From Thelocarpon superellum (taxonomy: Eukaryota): a DNA stretch of 41,692 nt. The translations under genes were made by a program, and so were the position numbers. The stretch covers positions 1 through 41,692 of the forward strand of contig JAPEUG010000119.1 in assembly GCA_026025795.1 (NCBI GenBank), in the 5' to 3' direction. Of the stretch, positions 12,424 through 24,633 are shown piece by piece (position 1 is the first letter of the stretch; every line of letters begins with the position of its first letter). The notes below the pieces were generated by a model. That model had not been told where the DNA came from. It saw nothing but the letters and a program-made list of their open reading frames with translations, and ran no database searches.

Positions 12424-14178
12424 ATGGCATTCGGACGATCCAGCAGTGGACCGGGGGGGTTGAGCATCAACACCGGCTCCGCTAATTCTTTGTTGTAAGT
12501 CCTCCCCGCGGCCACGTCACGGCGGGTCGGAGCCTTTGGCAGCGCCCTCGCTCTTTCCAGCATCAAGGAACGGTCTTTTAGGAGGGGAGAGGGAAATGGA
12601 GACTGACAGCTTTAGCCCCAACACGAGCAGCCAAGCACCGGCGTCGGGCGGGCTTTTTAGCACCAGCACCTCTTCACAAGCTACAACCGGGGGAGGAATC
12701 TTTGGTCAAGCCTCGCCGGGGGCGGGTCTGTTCGGATCGTCGTCGAAAGCAGCATCTTCGGCAACGCTGGCGGTGCCGGGCAGTGGTCCGCCTTCGCAAC
12801 CCGGGGGCCTCTTTGGCTCCTCTCCTGCGCCCGCGGCGGGCTTGTTTGGGGCGAGTAACCAGCAAGCACAAGCGCCCCCAGCCTCGGGGTTGTTTGGATC
12901 GAACACGCAACAACCGCAGAATGCGCAAGGGGGCGGTCTCTTTGGCTCGAATAGCGGGGCGACTTCGCTTCGGCCTCAGGTTCGCCAGCCCCGCTTCTCC
13001 TGAGCTCCTGCATCCCCGGCTGACATCCGCGCAGCCGCAGCAGAGTGGAGGGCTCTTTGGTGCAACGCAGAGTCAGGCACAACCCCAGAATCCACAGCAA
13101 GCCGGGAGCCTCTTTGGCAATCCAAGTGCCACGACAGCCTCTAGTCTATTGTGCGTGAGACCTCAATGATATGGACGGCGACAGGCCCTAATCTCACTGC
13201 CATAGTGGAAATCCAACTCCCCACGCACAACCGAACAACACTGCACCGGCAGCATCCGGCATGTTTGGGGGCACAACTACGACGAATCAGGCGAATGCAC
13301 CGTTCGGAGGCCTTTCCTTTGGACAGCCGCAAGCGACGACGCTCCAGCCGCCGAACGCAGTGCCCGGGGTGAAAATCGACCTGAGCAACCTCCGACCCAC
13401 CACACGTTTCACGGACCTCCACGAGGATGTACAAGCAGAGATTGAGAAGCTAGACGCCATGATCCTGACGCAGATGGACCGGGCCAAGCAAGTGGCCGCC
13501 TTTCTCGGACCGCACGCGGACACGCTGACCTATCTGCCCAACGATGTCACCTTTATCACGCATCGAGTGGCGACGCTCTCGTCGGCCTTGGAGAATGACG
13601 CGCAGGCCATTGCCCATGTTCGTGATCTGACCGCAACGGACGGGGCCGATGCGAAGCTGTCGTTCCGCGCCGTCGACAATCTGAAGCTGCCGCCGCAGTA
13701 CCACCACCACGGCTCGATGTTATGGAACGCGCCGCCTGCACCCAATAGCCGCAGCTCCGGAGCGGCACTTGATGCAACGACCGCATTGACTGGGTCCGAT
13801 GAGCGGTCCGGCGGTCCGAAAGACCTCATTGCTTTCTTTGCGGCGCGTGCCGATGCCATGGCGGCGTCACTGGACAATTACCAGCAGGGCGTGGCCTCGG
13901 TCGAGACGCACTTGGCGGGGGTAGAATCGCGCACGGCACAGCAGATCCAGAACCTCCTGATGACACGAGGGCAGGATGGTGGCGAGCTGAGCGCGACCGA
14001 CCAAGTCCGTGAGTTGGCCGGGGTGCTCCGCGACTTTGAGCGCGGTATCCTCCTGGTCGCGGGCACGGTGGGCGGGGCGCGAGAAGGGGTACAAGAATTA
14101 GAGCTGGCCACGCATAACAAGGACAGCGCGGGGCTCGGTGGGTCAGGTGCGGCGGGCGGTAAGGCTGGGAGGAGGTAG
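12424..14178 (+). CDS. NUP49: FG/GLFG nucleoporin Nup49/Nup58
   Basis: MAFGRSSSGPGGLSINT; introns 12495-12615, 12980-13034, 13151-13205; many GLFG repeats followed by the coiled-coil region VKIDLSNLRPTTRFTDLHEDVQAEIEKLD. Confidence 0.85.
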
Positions 14179-15672
14179 GGATTGGAGTCAATTTTCAATG
14201 CTGGCCGGTGGAAAGAGGTGACACCTGGCGGGACGAGCATGTGGTCTCGTGACGTGGCTCTTCCGTTAGTAGCTCCGAACCTCACTTCGGGCTCTTGTAG
14301 TAAATTAGACCACGACCCGGTGAGCGATGAGCTTTGCCCTCCTGCACAGGCCCCTCGCATACCATCAGCCAAGTCTCTCATTACACATCTAGTAGATTTC
14401 GTCGTTACGAGCAGGACCGGTGGTCTAGGCGCCACCACGGTCGCCGATGACTGCACCCAGTCATCGACCCCACTTGGTACATGGCACCGCAAGTAGCGAT
14501 TCGTTTGTGCATGGGGGCACCGCTGTCTATTGTGCCACTCACAAGTGTGCGAGAAATAGATTATGAGAGCGCGCCCAGTTCTAGTGAAAGATCGAGACGC
14601 ACCTAAGGTCCGTCGGCATTTCACAGTGAGTGCCTGTAAAGGAGACGATGGCGTCGACCACCAACTGAAATGCTGGGGCGTGGCGCAGGCACTAGAAGAG
14701 AGATCACTTAGGCACGAGACCCTGAGGGATGAGCAGGCCTGTGGAGATTGCCGCCGAGCAGCATGCGGAGACTGCTGGGTCCTGGAAAAATCATCTCTCG
14801 TTCTCTCAAGTACGGGGCAGCCAAGTCCCCTTCGATCACCAGCCCCATGACGCTTTCAGGACCTCATCGACCATCCGAACCCCGCGTGATTTCACCTTGC
14901 GGCACAATGGACATGGCGGACGAGTGGCCGAGCGCGCCACTGACAGGCTCTCACGGGTGGAAGCGTACGCAGTCTTACTCATCTGAGTCGTAAGTCTGCG
15001 GTCGATCTCGAGGCGGGCCTTGAGGCGGGCTTACCGGTCTCTCTCAAGGGCGAACTCGTCATCTGGGGATTTCTTGCGTGATCACAGATCGGTGTGGTAA
15101 GGAAACCAACGCCAAGCGAGGGGCACCCTACCACTCGGTTAGCTGGGCATCACCAATCAGGGACCCCGAGAGGGTGCGCTCGGGCAGGAGACGCGGCGTG
15201 TCCAGCAGTAGGTCCCGCAGTTGCAGTCGTTGGCGTCGGACAGGGGCCACGCCCACGATTTCGCACCCACTACTACTGCTCCCCAGCTTCTCCATGCTTG
15301 AATCATCAGATGCTACCAGTGGCGCCGTCGTCTCACCAAATCAATCATCTCGCCCAGGCAAGCCGGATGACCCGCCCGGCTCGTCGATGCTCAAGCGGCC
15401 AGTGCGGGGGCCTTCCATGCCCAGGCATGAACCCTTGACCCTGTCTGATCAACCGGGCCGGACCCGATCAGCTGCCGGTGGCCAAAGACCCTGGATGCAC
15501 CGCTGAGCAAGCACCGCACTGCGGAGGGAAATCATTGCGAGCTCTTTCATATCCACGTCTGCCGACGCCACGTCTAGTCTCCGGGTCTGACATGACCCGA
15601 TCTGGGCCAAGTCCGCCGTTGCTGAGTGGCACGATGGTGCGATCGCGCTCAGGATGGCGACGGCCCGCGATG

Positions 15673-15688
15673 TATATAGTGACGCCAT
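15673..15688 (+). promoter_or_regulatory. TATA-like box next to a CYS-3/MetR-like site (GTGACGCCAT)
   Basis: TATATA at 15673-15678; 9/10 match to ATGRYRYCAT at 15679-15688, ~150 bp upstream of a sulfonate dioxygenase. Confidence 0.4.
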
Positions 15689-15835
15689 GTCCCCAATGCT
15701 CGCCCCGCACGCCCCGCGTTTGGTGTGATCTTCAAACGATCTCCCTGCGGAGGCCTATCTCGCTGAAGACCAATCATTGAAGACACCTCCGCCTCGTAGC
15801 TCTCTCTGCCGCTGTCCCCATCTACTTCCGTCACC

Positions 15836-17118
15836 ATGGCTCCATCGCTGGAGGAGCGGGTCCACCCCCCTCTCTCTCCTGCGCCGCTATTTCCCGCCAA
15901 GGACACCTCATGGCAGCACTATGCTCCAGGCCGAACGGCGGTGGAATCGCACGTACAATACGAGCACGACGATCTCAAACCATCTTTCCCCGTCGTGCAT
16001 TGGGCACCACTGACTGAGGTTCCCTATCACGACAGAGGCTTGCACGGACACGCGCAGTTCCGACATCTGCTCAAGGATGCAGTCGACATCTTCGATTACA
16101 ATCCCAAGATCGGCACCGAGATCCACGGCGTCCATCTCGCGCAACTCACGGAGCATCAAAAGGACGACCTGGCACGTCTGGTAGCCCACCGCGGCGTCGT
16201 CTTCTTCCGGAATCAAGATGACCTCGACATAGACGCCCAACGAGATCTGATGCGTTACTTCGGCAGCCTCCACAAGCACGCGACGACGTCGGTGCCAAAG
16301 CGGCCTGGCTTGGAGGATGTGCACGTGGTGTACACGGACGAAACGTCCAAGGATCAGCGGGCCCTCTTTACCCCTAGCTTCCTCTGGCATTCCGATGTAA
16401 GTCTCTTCTCCGCGCTTGACGGCCCGTACTGACCACGCCAGGTCACCTACGAGATCCAGCCGCCGTCGTACACGAGCCTCAAGCTCCTATCGGGCCCACC
16501 ACGTGGTGGCGGAGGGGACACGCTGTGGGCATCTCAATATGCGGCGTACGATGTCTTATCGCCCTTCATGCAGCGATACTTGGAGAGCCTGACGGCCCTG
16601 CACTCGGCAGAACTGCAGGCGGAAGGATCCCGCGCCCTCAACCGGCCGGTCCGGCGCGACCCCGTGGTGACGCAGCATCCCCTGGTCCGCACGAATCCCG
16701 TGACAGGCTGGAAGAGTCTCTTCTTCAATCCCGGCTTCGTCACCAAGATCGTCGGCGTGCCCAAGACGGAGAGTGATACCATCATCCATTTTCTCAACGA
16801 GGTCTTGACCACCACCCAAGAGCTCCATGTCCGCTTTCAATGGCAAAAGAACGACGTGGCTTTTTGGGACAATCGTGTGACGGTACTTATGATGTGGCTG
16901 GCTTTAATGTCGCTGTCCTCCCGCTAACGTGCGAACAGAATCACACGGCATCCTATGGCTTCGCCCCCCATCGCCGCCACGCCGTCCGCGTGGCTAGCCA
17001 AGGCGAGCGTCCGTATCTTGACCCCTCAGGAAAGTCACAGGAAGAGGAGCTCAACCGGCTGTACGGGATTCCGACGACGAGCAAGGATGGTTCTGGGCTT
17101 GCCAATTACAATGACTAG
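15836..17118 (+). CDS. TauD/JLP1-family alpha-ketoglutarate-dependent (sulfonate) dioxygenase
   Basis: PKIGTEIHGV, RGVVFFRNQ, WHSDVTYE (HxD), GGDTLWAS, HPLVRTNPVTGWKSLF, FWDNRVTNH…R; introns 16397-16441 and 16883-16938. Confidence 0.93.
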
Positions 17119-17725
17119 CCTGATGAAGCTCAGCCACTTGGCTGGAACACGAAAGAGCAGCAAGCGGGCCACGTTTTCGTTCTCTGACCCTTTAGCCGGT
17201 TCTGTCCCTCATCTCTTCTAGACGACGGAGCTTAGGAAGTTACATCATTTAGGAGTTCAGCATGGTCTCGTTTCCGCCATGGTGCATTGTATGTGGAATG
17301 TGTGAGAACAACGATGCTAACCATTCTTCACGCGGAGATACGGTGGTGATTTGGCAAGGAATTCAGCCTGTGAGTAAAAACAAGGGATAAGAGTAGGTGG
17401 TGGCTGCATCTTGGCCAGAACCCTCCCATGACTTTCGCGAGACGGCCGTGTTCTTCCCATGGAGCAAGAAGGGGATCTTATGCAGCAGGTCATGTGTTTG
17501 ACGGGTCATGGACCGAGATGACGGGCGACGGAGCTCCACCGAGTCCTCCATGATGCCTTATCGGTTGGTCATCGAGCGAACAATCTCCTCCCCCGCTCAC
17601 ACTTTCCGCCCGCTTTCCTCAACCTCCCTAACGACCTCAAGTAATCCGTATCCCCGGGCCCAGAGGGTTCGGCAGCCTTGACGATTACGGAAGAGCCATG
17701 CATCAGTGCCGATGACCACTGATTC

Positions 17726-20311
17726 ATGGCGTCCGTCCACCTACAAACCTCCACCATGCCGGGCACCGAGGCCATCCTCAATGAGGACCGCCGTATCACG
17801 CGTTCGAAGATCGACCTCCCTCTTCTCCGCACTGATCCAGAGCTTGATCTACTTTCCTTCGCTCGTCAGTTGGAGCCGGATTTTGCTCATTTGAGATTCC
17901 CAATGGTCCAGGTGGAGGATGACGAGGACGAAGGCGTCTCATGGCCGTCTTGGGCTACGGATTGCGTCCGTGAGCTTGATTCGGCGTTGGCGGCCGAGAA
18001 GCTGCAAATCAAAAGGGCAGATCTTCTCTTCCTTCAGTCTGCCGTATCACTTGGGCGGTCTCCCTCTCCCATGAGTCTCTCGGGCTTGGATGAGGCGCTC
18101 GTCAAGGTTTGTCCTCCCGTTGACTGTTTGACGGCAAGGACTCAACGCTGATACCGCCAAGGCCAGGAGATCACGATTATTGAGGTCCGTGCCTCTGCAG
18201 CGAGCTCGAACGAAGGTTGCGATTATCCAGTCTTCTCAAAATGAAATCCCTCAGTCCTCTCCCGTCGCCACAGGCAATTCTTTTTCTGCGGCACACGAGT
18301 TGGAAGATACTTGTGCCTCGAGGTCCGAGAGGTCTTGGCCCTCGACTGGTCCACAGGACAGAAATGTCTTCGATTCACCGATATTGAACGAGGGTGTGCC
18401 TGAGGTCGCCGCCACCCAGGAGACGGTAGAGGTGCCTTCCGAGAGCATCTCATCTGAAACGCTTTATCCCGGGTTTGGTGATGCCCCTCCACCCGGTATA
18501 TTTGAAAATTCGACCGGGACCACCAAGGCTAGAACCAACAGAATTCCACATTTCAAGGTCCCTCGGCTGGATGGCTGGCCTCTACGTTCATTTTCAGTAC
18601 GGTCTAGACTCTCCAATGAAACGACATTCTCTTCGACTCTCGACGCCCACTGGAGCTCGATGAAGCGATTCACAAATGAAAGATGGCCGGTACGGAAGAG
18701 TCTAGACCGAGAACTAAGCTGGGTACCGTTTTCACTCGAGCTGCGGAGAATCTCTTCGGAAGAAGAGCTGGATGACGGTGGCGGCGGAATGTACCTGAAG
18801 AGCTTCCTGAAGATGACAGAGAGTGGAATAGACAGCAGTGCTTTCATTTGGAAGCCGGAGGGGCTGAAGATGCTGAGAGATTTATATGAGGAAGAGGAGG
18901 AGCTTCTCCCAGGGCTTCTTCCCCACCGTGCTCAACGGACGGTGGTCAGGAAGAGGAAGCGATTGGCACCTGGAGAGGAAGGGGGCGAGGTGAAATCAGC
19001 GCATGGAGGACCATTCTCAACAGGTGGAGGTTTACTCAGCTTCATGAAGGCGCGAGGGCAAGACGTTTCTCTCTTAACATCTCACCCACCACCGGGCCAT
19101 CATCCTCCTCGACCAGTCTCAGTCAACTTCGCACCGGAGGATTCAGCGACGAATTTGCGGAGACACCGAATGTTTACGGACCCCCTCCCCTACCCACCAA
19201 TCTATATTCCCGACTTACCGCACGCCGTCATCATCTCCACGGCCCTATCCACGCAGCACTCCCTCATCCGCCGATTAGAGGAGCTGAGCCCAAGCATCGA
19301 GTTTATCGAACGAGACTACACCTCAAACTCTCTTTCAGCCAGTCATACTCTTCCTCTCCCTTCAGCATCACTGCTCGAAGAGGCGGACCTGACCATATCC
19401 GCAAGCACAGGGATTCTACTCACGACCCTGCAGAAGTTAAAGCAGCGTTCTCTCCATGCATCCACGGGCCCCTTTTCTCATCCTCCCCCTTCCGCTCGTA
19501 CAAACGCGGCGCTCAGTTCCCCACTCAAACAGCGCATCGCCCGCGCTCAACCGCGGTACGCACGGCTCATCGTCCTCGTGTCTGAGGGACTCCGCACGGT
19601 TTCAACGACGAGCTACCCTACTATGCAACACAACGCACCGGAAGTATCGCCGGTGACGGGTGGTTTGAAAGAGGGAGATACAGATGCTTTGGTCGACTTG
19701 ATGGCTTTTGCGAGCGGGAGAAGACAAATGGGAAAGGTGGACGTGTTGTTCGTAGGTGGCGGAGAAGAGCAGCTAGCGGGCTGGATCGCAGGGATCATGA
19801 GTCCCGTCCAGCCCCTGTCGTCCTCACTGTCATCCACTGTCGCAGAGGCGCGAGGGGAGCGGGTTAAGTTGCTGCATGAAGAGACATTGGTAAGCATTCT
19901 CCGCCTCCTACGCAGAAGTAGATTTCACCGTCCATATCACCGTCCATATCACCGTCCCTATCCTCTCATCCTCCAGTCACTCCTCTTTCAAAACGCAATC
20001 GACTAATGTACATGTAGTGGGAAATATTCCTCCGCAAAGCAGGCCTGAATCCCTACGCCGCGCAGGCCATTCTCTCCACGCTCAAGAAAGGGAGTCAGAG
20101 AGCACCTTCGCTTGGACAAGAGACCAAGGACTTGGCGGACGAGAGGTTCGAAAACGCAAACGAAGGGAGAAGGAGAGGGGAAATATGGACTCTAGCCGCC
20201 TTCGTCACTCTCTCATTCGCCGAGAGAGTTTCGTGCTTCGCGGGCGGGGCGGGTGGGGTGTCTGCGTCATCCCTGAGACGACTAGAGGACGTGTTTGATG
20301 CTGCATTGTAG
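17726..20311 (+). CDS. Probable Zip2/SHOC1-like meiotic XPF-fold protein (start codon uncertain)
   Basis: Introns 18107-18161 and 19890-20017. C-terminal IEFIERDY…EEADLTISASTGILLTTLQKLKQ…RYARLIVLVSEG…GGGEEQLAGWI…LLHEETLWEIFLRKAGLNPYAAQAIL resembles an inactive XPF/ERCC4 domain plus HhH. The CDS itself is well supported; the family call is inferred. Confidence 0.6.
19926..19961. repeat. 3 x 12 bp repeat (TCACCGTCCATA) inside intron 2 of the Zip2-like gene
   Basis: Seen directly. Confidence 0.85.
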
Positions 20312-20343
20312 GCCGGTTGTGACCATCCATGTCGTGGAACGAG

Positions 20344-21950
20344 TCATAACCTCCATATCTTCAGCGTGTTGTCGTATCCTCGCTCCTGCGCTGACATGTT
20401 CGCATCTGAAGCGGCGGTAGACGAAGGCGGCGACGAATCTCCGTCTCCTTCATCCATGCTCCGTCGCTGTCCCGAGCAAGTCGCGACCACCGACCCCGAA
20501 GGATGCACGATCGTAGACGTGACGGGATCTGTTCTCTCCTCAGTCTTGGATCACGCAGATCGGGAGCGAGGGAGAAGGGAGATGAAGTGGACCACTAACC
20601 ACCATGAGCCATCCACTCACACGCCGGCTGGGTAGCATTGGCACCTCCCCGCCAAAACCTGACCATGCCGTCTACGCCGCCAGCCCAGATCTCATGCCCG
20701 GGCACCGAATTTGAGTCCGACGGTGAAGCTGACGGTGGTGGTGCAGGGTTCGACACGGCGACCATATCAACGCCAAGTCTCTGATTGGTCTCTGCATTTC
20801 TGCCCGTCAATGAAGCCACTTTCTTCCCTGCGACGCGCACGTCGTACGCCGATATCGCATCACTCTGCCGTTCCGCGATGTAGAGGTATCGTCCGCAGGG
20901 ACTCCACAGGACTTGTGTGATGCCTGTTCCCTCGCGTTGGAGTGGCTCGGCATCCGAGTCGGTGGGTGGGCTCTGTCCCCCCGCGAGGGAGAACACGGCA
21001 ATGCAATTCCCACTCCCTTCTGCATCGTACAGGCCCACGTTGCGCGTGAATGTGCCGGCGGCTAGGATGCCGTCGACGCTGATGGCCATGCCGCTCACAA
21101 TTCCCTTCATGCCCACTCCGCCGCCGACGAGCTTTTTGCGCTTGGACGGGATGGTGGCAAATTGAGACACGGGGCCCGATCCGTCGCGCGATACGTCGAA
21201 TAGCGCAATCACGCTGTCGCTTCCGGCTAGGAAATGTGTACCGGATGGTCTGAACAGCAGCGAGTGCGGCGTCAGATACTTCTCTGTGGGGCCGTGGACG
21301 AGGGTGTACGTGCTTAGGCGTGTCGGATGCAGAGACGAGTGCAGGGTAACGGGGAGGCCGCGGGGAGAAGAGAGGTGCACGGTGGTGGAGGGGTCTATGA
21401 CGCTTTTCAGCTTGCGTGGAAGATGTGCCGTGCGTGTTGGAACGGACCTTGGAGATCAAAGTGCGGATAGATGCATGTCGCATATACCGGCTCTGGCGAG
21501 ATGATGATGGAGTAGGGGAGTAGCTGAGAAGGCGAAGACCTTTCGTCCAGGAGATCTGCAGGTCTAGCTTGAATATTTCTCAGGATGATGATCTTGAGCC
21601 ATTTTGGTTTCAAGCCATGGCCACCTACAGTACAAAGGTGCGCAATCGATTGTCTTGGCTGGACGTCAAGATACATGTTCCATCCGGTGACCTTGACAGG
21701 TCAGTCATGTGGCGTCCAATTGAGCCCCGCTCGCAACCTACCACTGAGCGCTTTTGAAGTAGTTGGACTCCTCGTGCGAACTCTTGAGCTCAACAGCCTC
21801 CCAGGATTGGTCAGGGACATCTCCTCCATCCTGGAACTTCAAAGCCTTGGCCTCGCGCCGATGGCTCTCTCTTGTAGGGCATTGGTACACGGCATTGGTT
21901 GAAGCAATACATTTGGGATCGGGGGATGCTGATGCACAGTCCGTCATCAT
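20344..21950 (-). CDS. WD40 protein, WRAP53/TCAB1 (yeast Swt21)-like
   Basis: Introns 21741-21692, 21628-21564, 21447-21395, 20599-20529. Motifs NYFKSAQWSPDGTCILTSS, TEKYLTPHSLLF…IALFDVSR, LAAGTFTRNVGLY, GITQVLWSPCGRYLY, TNQRLGVD, VATCSGQR, DNTLKIW. Confidence 0.88.
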
Positions 21951-22206
21951 CACACTGATTGATGAAGTTGGCGGAATGCCGATGAAATGTGGTCTGACTT
22001 GCTCGATCCAAGAAACGACTCGAATAAGAGCAATTGTAGAATGCACCAAGTAGGCCTAAAGCTCTGTCAGAGCGGTAGCTCACAGCTTCACACTAAGCTA
22101 CGGAGGAATTGGAAGAAGCTTGAATATCGGGAGCGCTCCCTAAAAGCGCCTCCTCACTTGCCCCTCCAGATTCTCGCGTATCCACCGGCGCGATCAGGTC
22201 ACCAAG

Positions 22207-22250
22207 TCACGTGCTCTAGAGCTCCAAAGTCTTGGCATTCTGGAAATTTC
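22207..22250. promoter_or_regulatory. Heat-shock element (TTCtgGAAatTTC, 22238-22250) plus TCACGTG E-box (22207-22213)
   Basis: Perfect three-unit nGAAn inverted array 100 bp upstream of the HSP10 ATG. Confidence 0.75.
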
Positions 22251-22349
22251 TCTGACGGCAATGTTTCCATCGGGACAAGCCACGCCAGTCCAACCTCCAC
22301 TCGACCACGAAGCTCCAGTCCACCCCCAAACTCAGACATCTTGATCACA

Positions 22350-22852
22350 ATGGTACGTCCTATGCGCTTTCACCCCATTCAACCCCATTCCTAACATGGT
22401 CGGCCAGACGACGGCTCTCAAATCCATCAAGTCCCTCGCGCCCCTGCTGGACCGCATCTTGGTCCAGCGAATCAAGGCCGAGACCAAAACCGCGTCAGGC
22501 ATCTTCTTGCCCGAGAGCAGCGTCAAGGAGCTGAACGAGGCCAAGGTCCTGGCTGTGGGACCGGGCGGGCTGGACAAGGAGGGCAAGCGGGTACAGCCGA
22601 GCGTGGCACCCGGCGACAAAGTGTTGATTCCTCAGGTATGGACGATTGATAGGTTGCTGCGCGGCCTGGTGCCTGGATCTCGCTTCCAGACATGGCTGCT
22701 GATATCCAGTGTCTAGTATGGAGGAAGTCCAGTCAAGGTCGGCGAGGATGAATATCATCTCTTCCGAGACCATGAGTAAGTGCTGCATGTCCGGCCTGGT
22801 GTCATCCTTGCTGATAAGCTCTGCTAGGCTGCTGGCAAAGATCAATGAGTAA
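22350..22852 (+). CDS. HSP10: Mitochondrial co-chaperonin Hsp10 (GroES family)
   Basis: ATG-only first coding exon; introns 22353-22407, 22636-22716, 22776-22827; LAPLLDRILVQRIKAETKTASGIFLP…VAPGDKVLIPQYGGSPVKV…LLAKINE. Confidence 0.96.
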
Positions 22853-23140
22853 AGAGGAGCGGGTCAGTCGTCAACTTGCATCATCTATTGTATAGACATC
22901 TCAAGGTCTCTTGCATCACGCAGCGTTTCAGGCGACCCCTATGTACTACAGCCCTCGGACCATCTACAAGATAAATCTCCTCTCCGCAACGCAGGTACCT
23001 TTACAAGCGAGTGGTCTGTTCAGCTTTTGCACAGGGGACCCTCAAATGAAGGTCAAATTCACCCCGTGGTATCGTGTATGCACACCGGCAAAACTCCAAA
23101 CAATGAGGACCGGCCGGCCGCACTGGGGGTTCGCATGCCA

Positions 23141-24187
23141 TCATGAGGCATTCCGTAACAACGGAGTCCGCTCGTGAACGCGATGCCCCTCGCCGTTTCC
23201 TTCCACCACATGACTTCCTTCGTCGTCGGTCTCGGCGTGGTCCTCACGATGGATCGCAGTCCCTGGGGCAAAGTCCCGAGGGCGGTTGGCGAACAGCTCA
23301 AAGTAGATGGCCATGACCAGTAGCCCACCCTGCAAGCATCCCGTCACCAAGTACACCCCCCACGCACTCCAACCTTCGGCACCTAGTCGTAACGCGAGGC
23401 TGGTGGCCCAGAGGAAGCTCCCTGGCGTTTGTAGACACATCATCGGGATGCTGAGGCTCTCCACCGCCCGCAGCCGCCAGGTCGTGTAGAGCTGAGGGAA
23501 GTACTGGATGCAGGCAAGTAGCGTTGCCACAACGCCATAGAAATTGGCCAGAGCCGGAACGACCGATGGGTGAGTGAACAGGAGGATCACCGAGACGACA
23601 AAGGTGACGGCCGCGTGCAGGAAACAGGCCAAGGCGACCCCGATGGCGGTCTGATAGGTATACTGGGACTTGATGCTCTTGGGCGCCGAAAGTGGCGTGT
23701 TGCGGGGGAAGAAAATGAGGAAGAGTAGGAGACTAGACGAGAGCTTAGCACGGCGCTTGGCGGGCGGGGGAAGGGATAGGCTGGGGGACGAACATGATGC
23801 TAAAGCAGGTCCACTGCGTCCCCACCTGCGCGATGCCCAACAGCGCCGAGAAGCACTGGAAGGGGCTGACGACCTTGCAGCATTGTAGGTCTGCACGACT
23901 AGCGGGTAGGAGGAGGATATTGGCAAAGGCGCTGGTGCCGCTGGTAGTGCCGAGAAGGACAAAGTACGGCGAGAGTCCCTCAGACGACCGACGGCGGATG
24001 ATTCGGTAATGCTGGGGCAAGTACGAGACGACGATCCCGACCAGGAGGAATCTGATTTCCGTCAGCGACGCCTACACCAGACCTGAAGTGCCGAGGGACG
24101 GCGGCCGGGAGGTTGGTCCTACATGGACAAGCTCAAGTTGGCGTAACTAGGGGTGGTTAAGCTGATGCAGTGATGCGAGGACGCCAT
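23141..24187 (-). CDS. PQ-loop family 7-TM membrane protein
   Basis: Introns 24122-24052 and 23793-23733; two PQ loops (SYLPQHYRI…SEGLS; QYFPQLYTT…SLSIPMM); C-terminal ERTPLL dileucine motif. Confidence 0.9.
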
Positions 24188-24633
24188 GATGCACGGCAGC
24201 GATGGGGATGTGCTGCTCAAAGAGAGACAGAAGTGTGACGGAGCATGACGTGGGGAGAGAGGAATTACGGAGGCGCCTTTGCACGGAGAATGAAGAGCGT
24301 CATAATTCCTGCCACCCGCGGCTTGACACGTTGATCTGGCGCATAATCACCGCTGGCACGCACAGGCAACATCCAGCCAGCACGCTCCGCTGCCGCTGGG
24401 CCGCCACTCCCCGGCACGTTGCTTGGTGGCGGACTGGCGGAGCAGCCGAGGGCGGCGCGTGTGGCTGTGCCGCCCACCCTAGCCTCAGGCTTCTTCCCCA
24501 CACATCACTTCTTTAGTCGTGCACCGAGAGGAGCGTCGGAGTTCCGGCCGGGATTCATCATGGGGTGGAGCGCGCTGAATCTCCTGCCGGTGAAAGGTTT
24601 GCAGTATTTCCTCTAGAAGGAGTGTCCTAGCTA

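Noticed and set aside
20344..22350. Telomerase RNA near the TCAB1-like gene
   Set aside because: No CTAACCCTAA-type template seen here or in the intergenic regions I scanned by eye.
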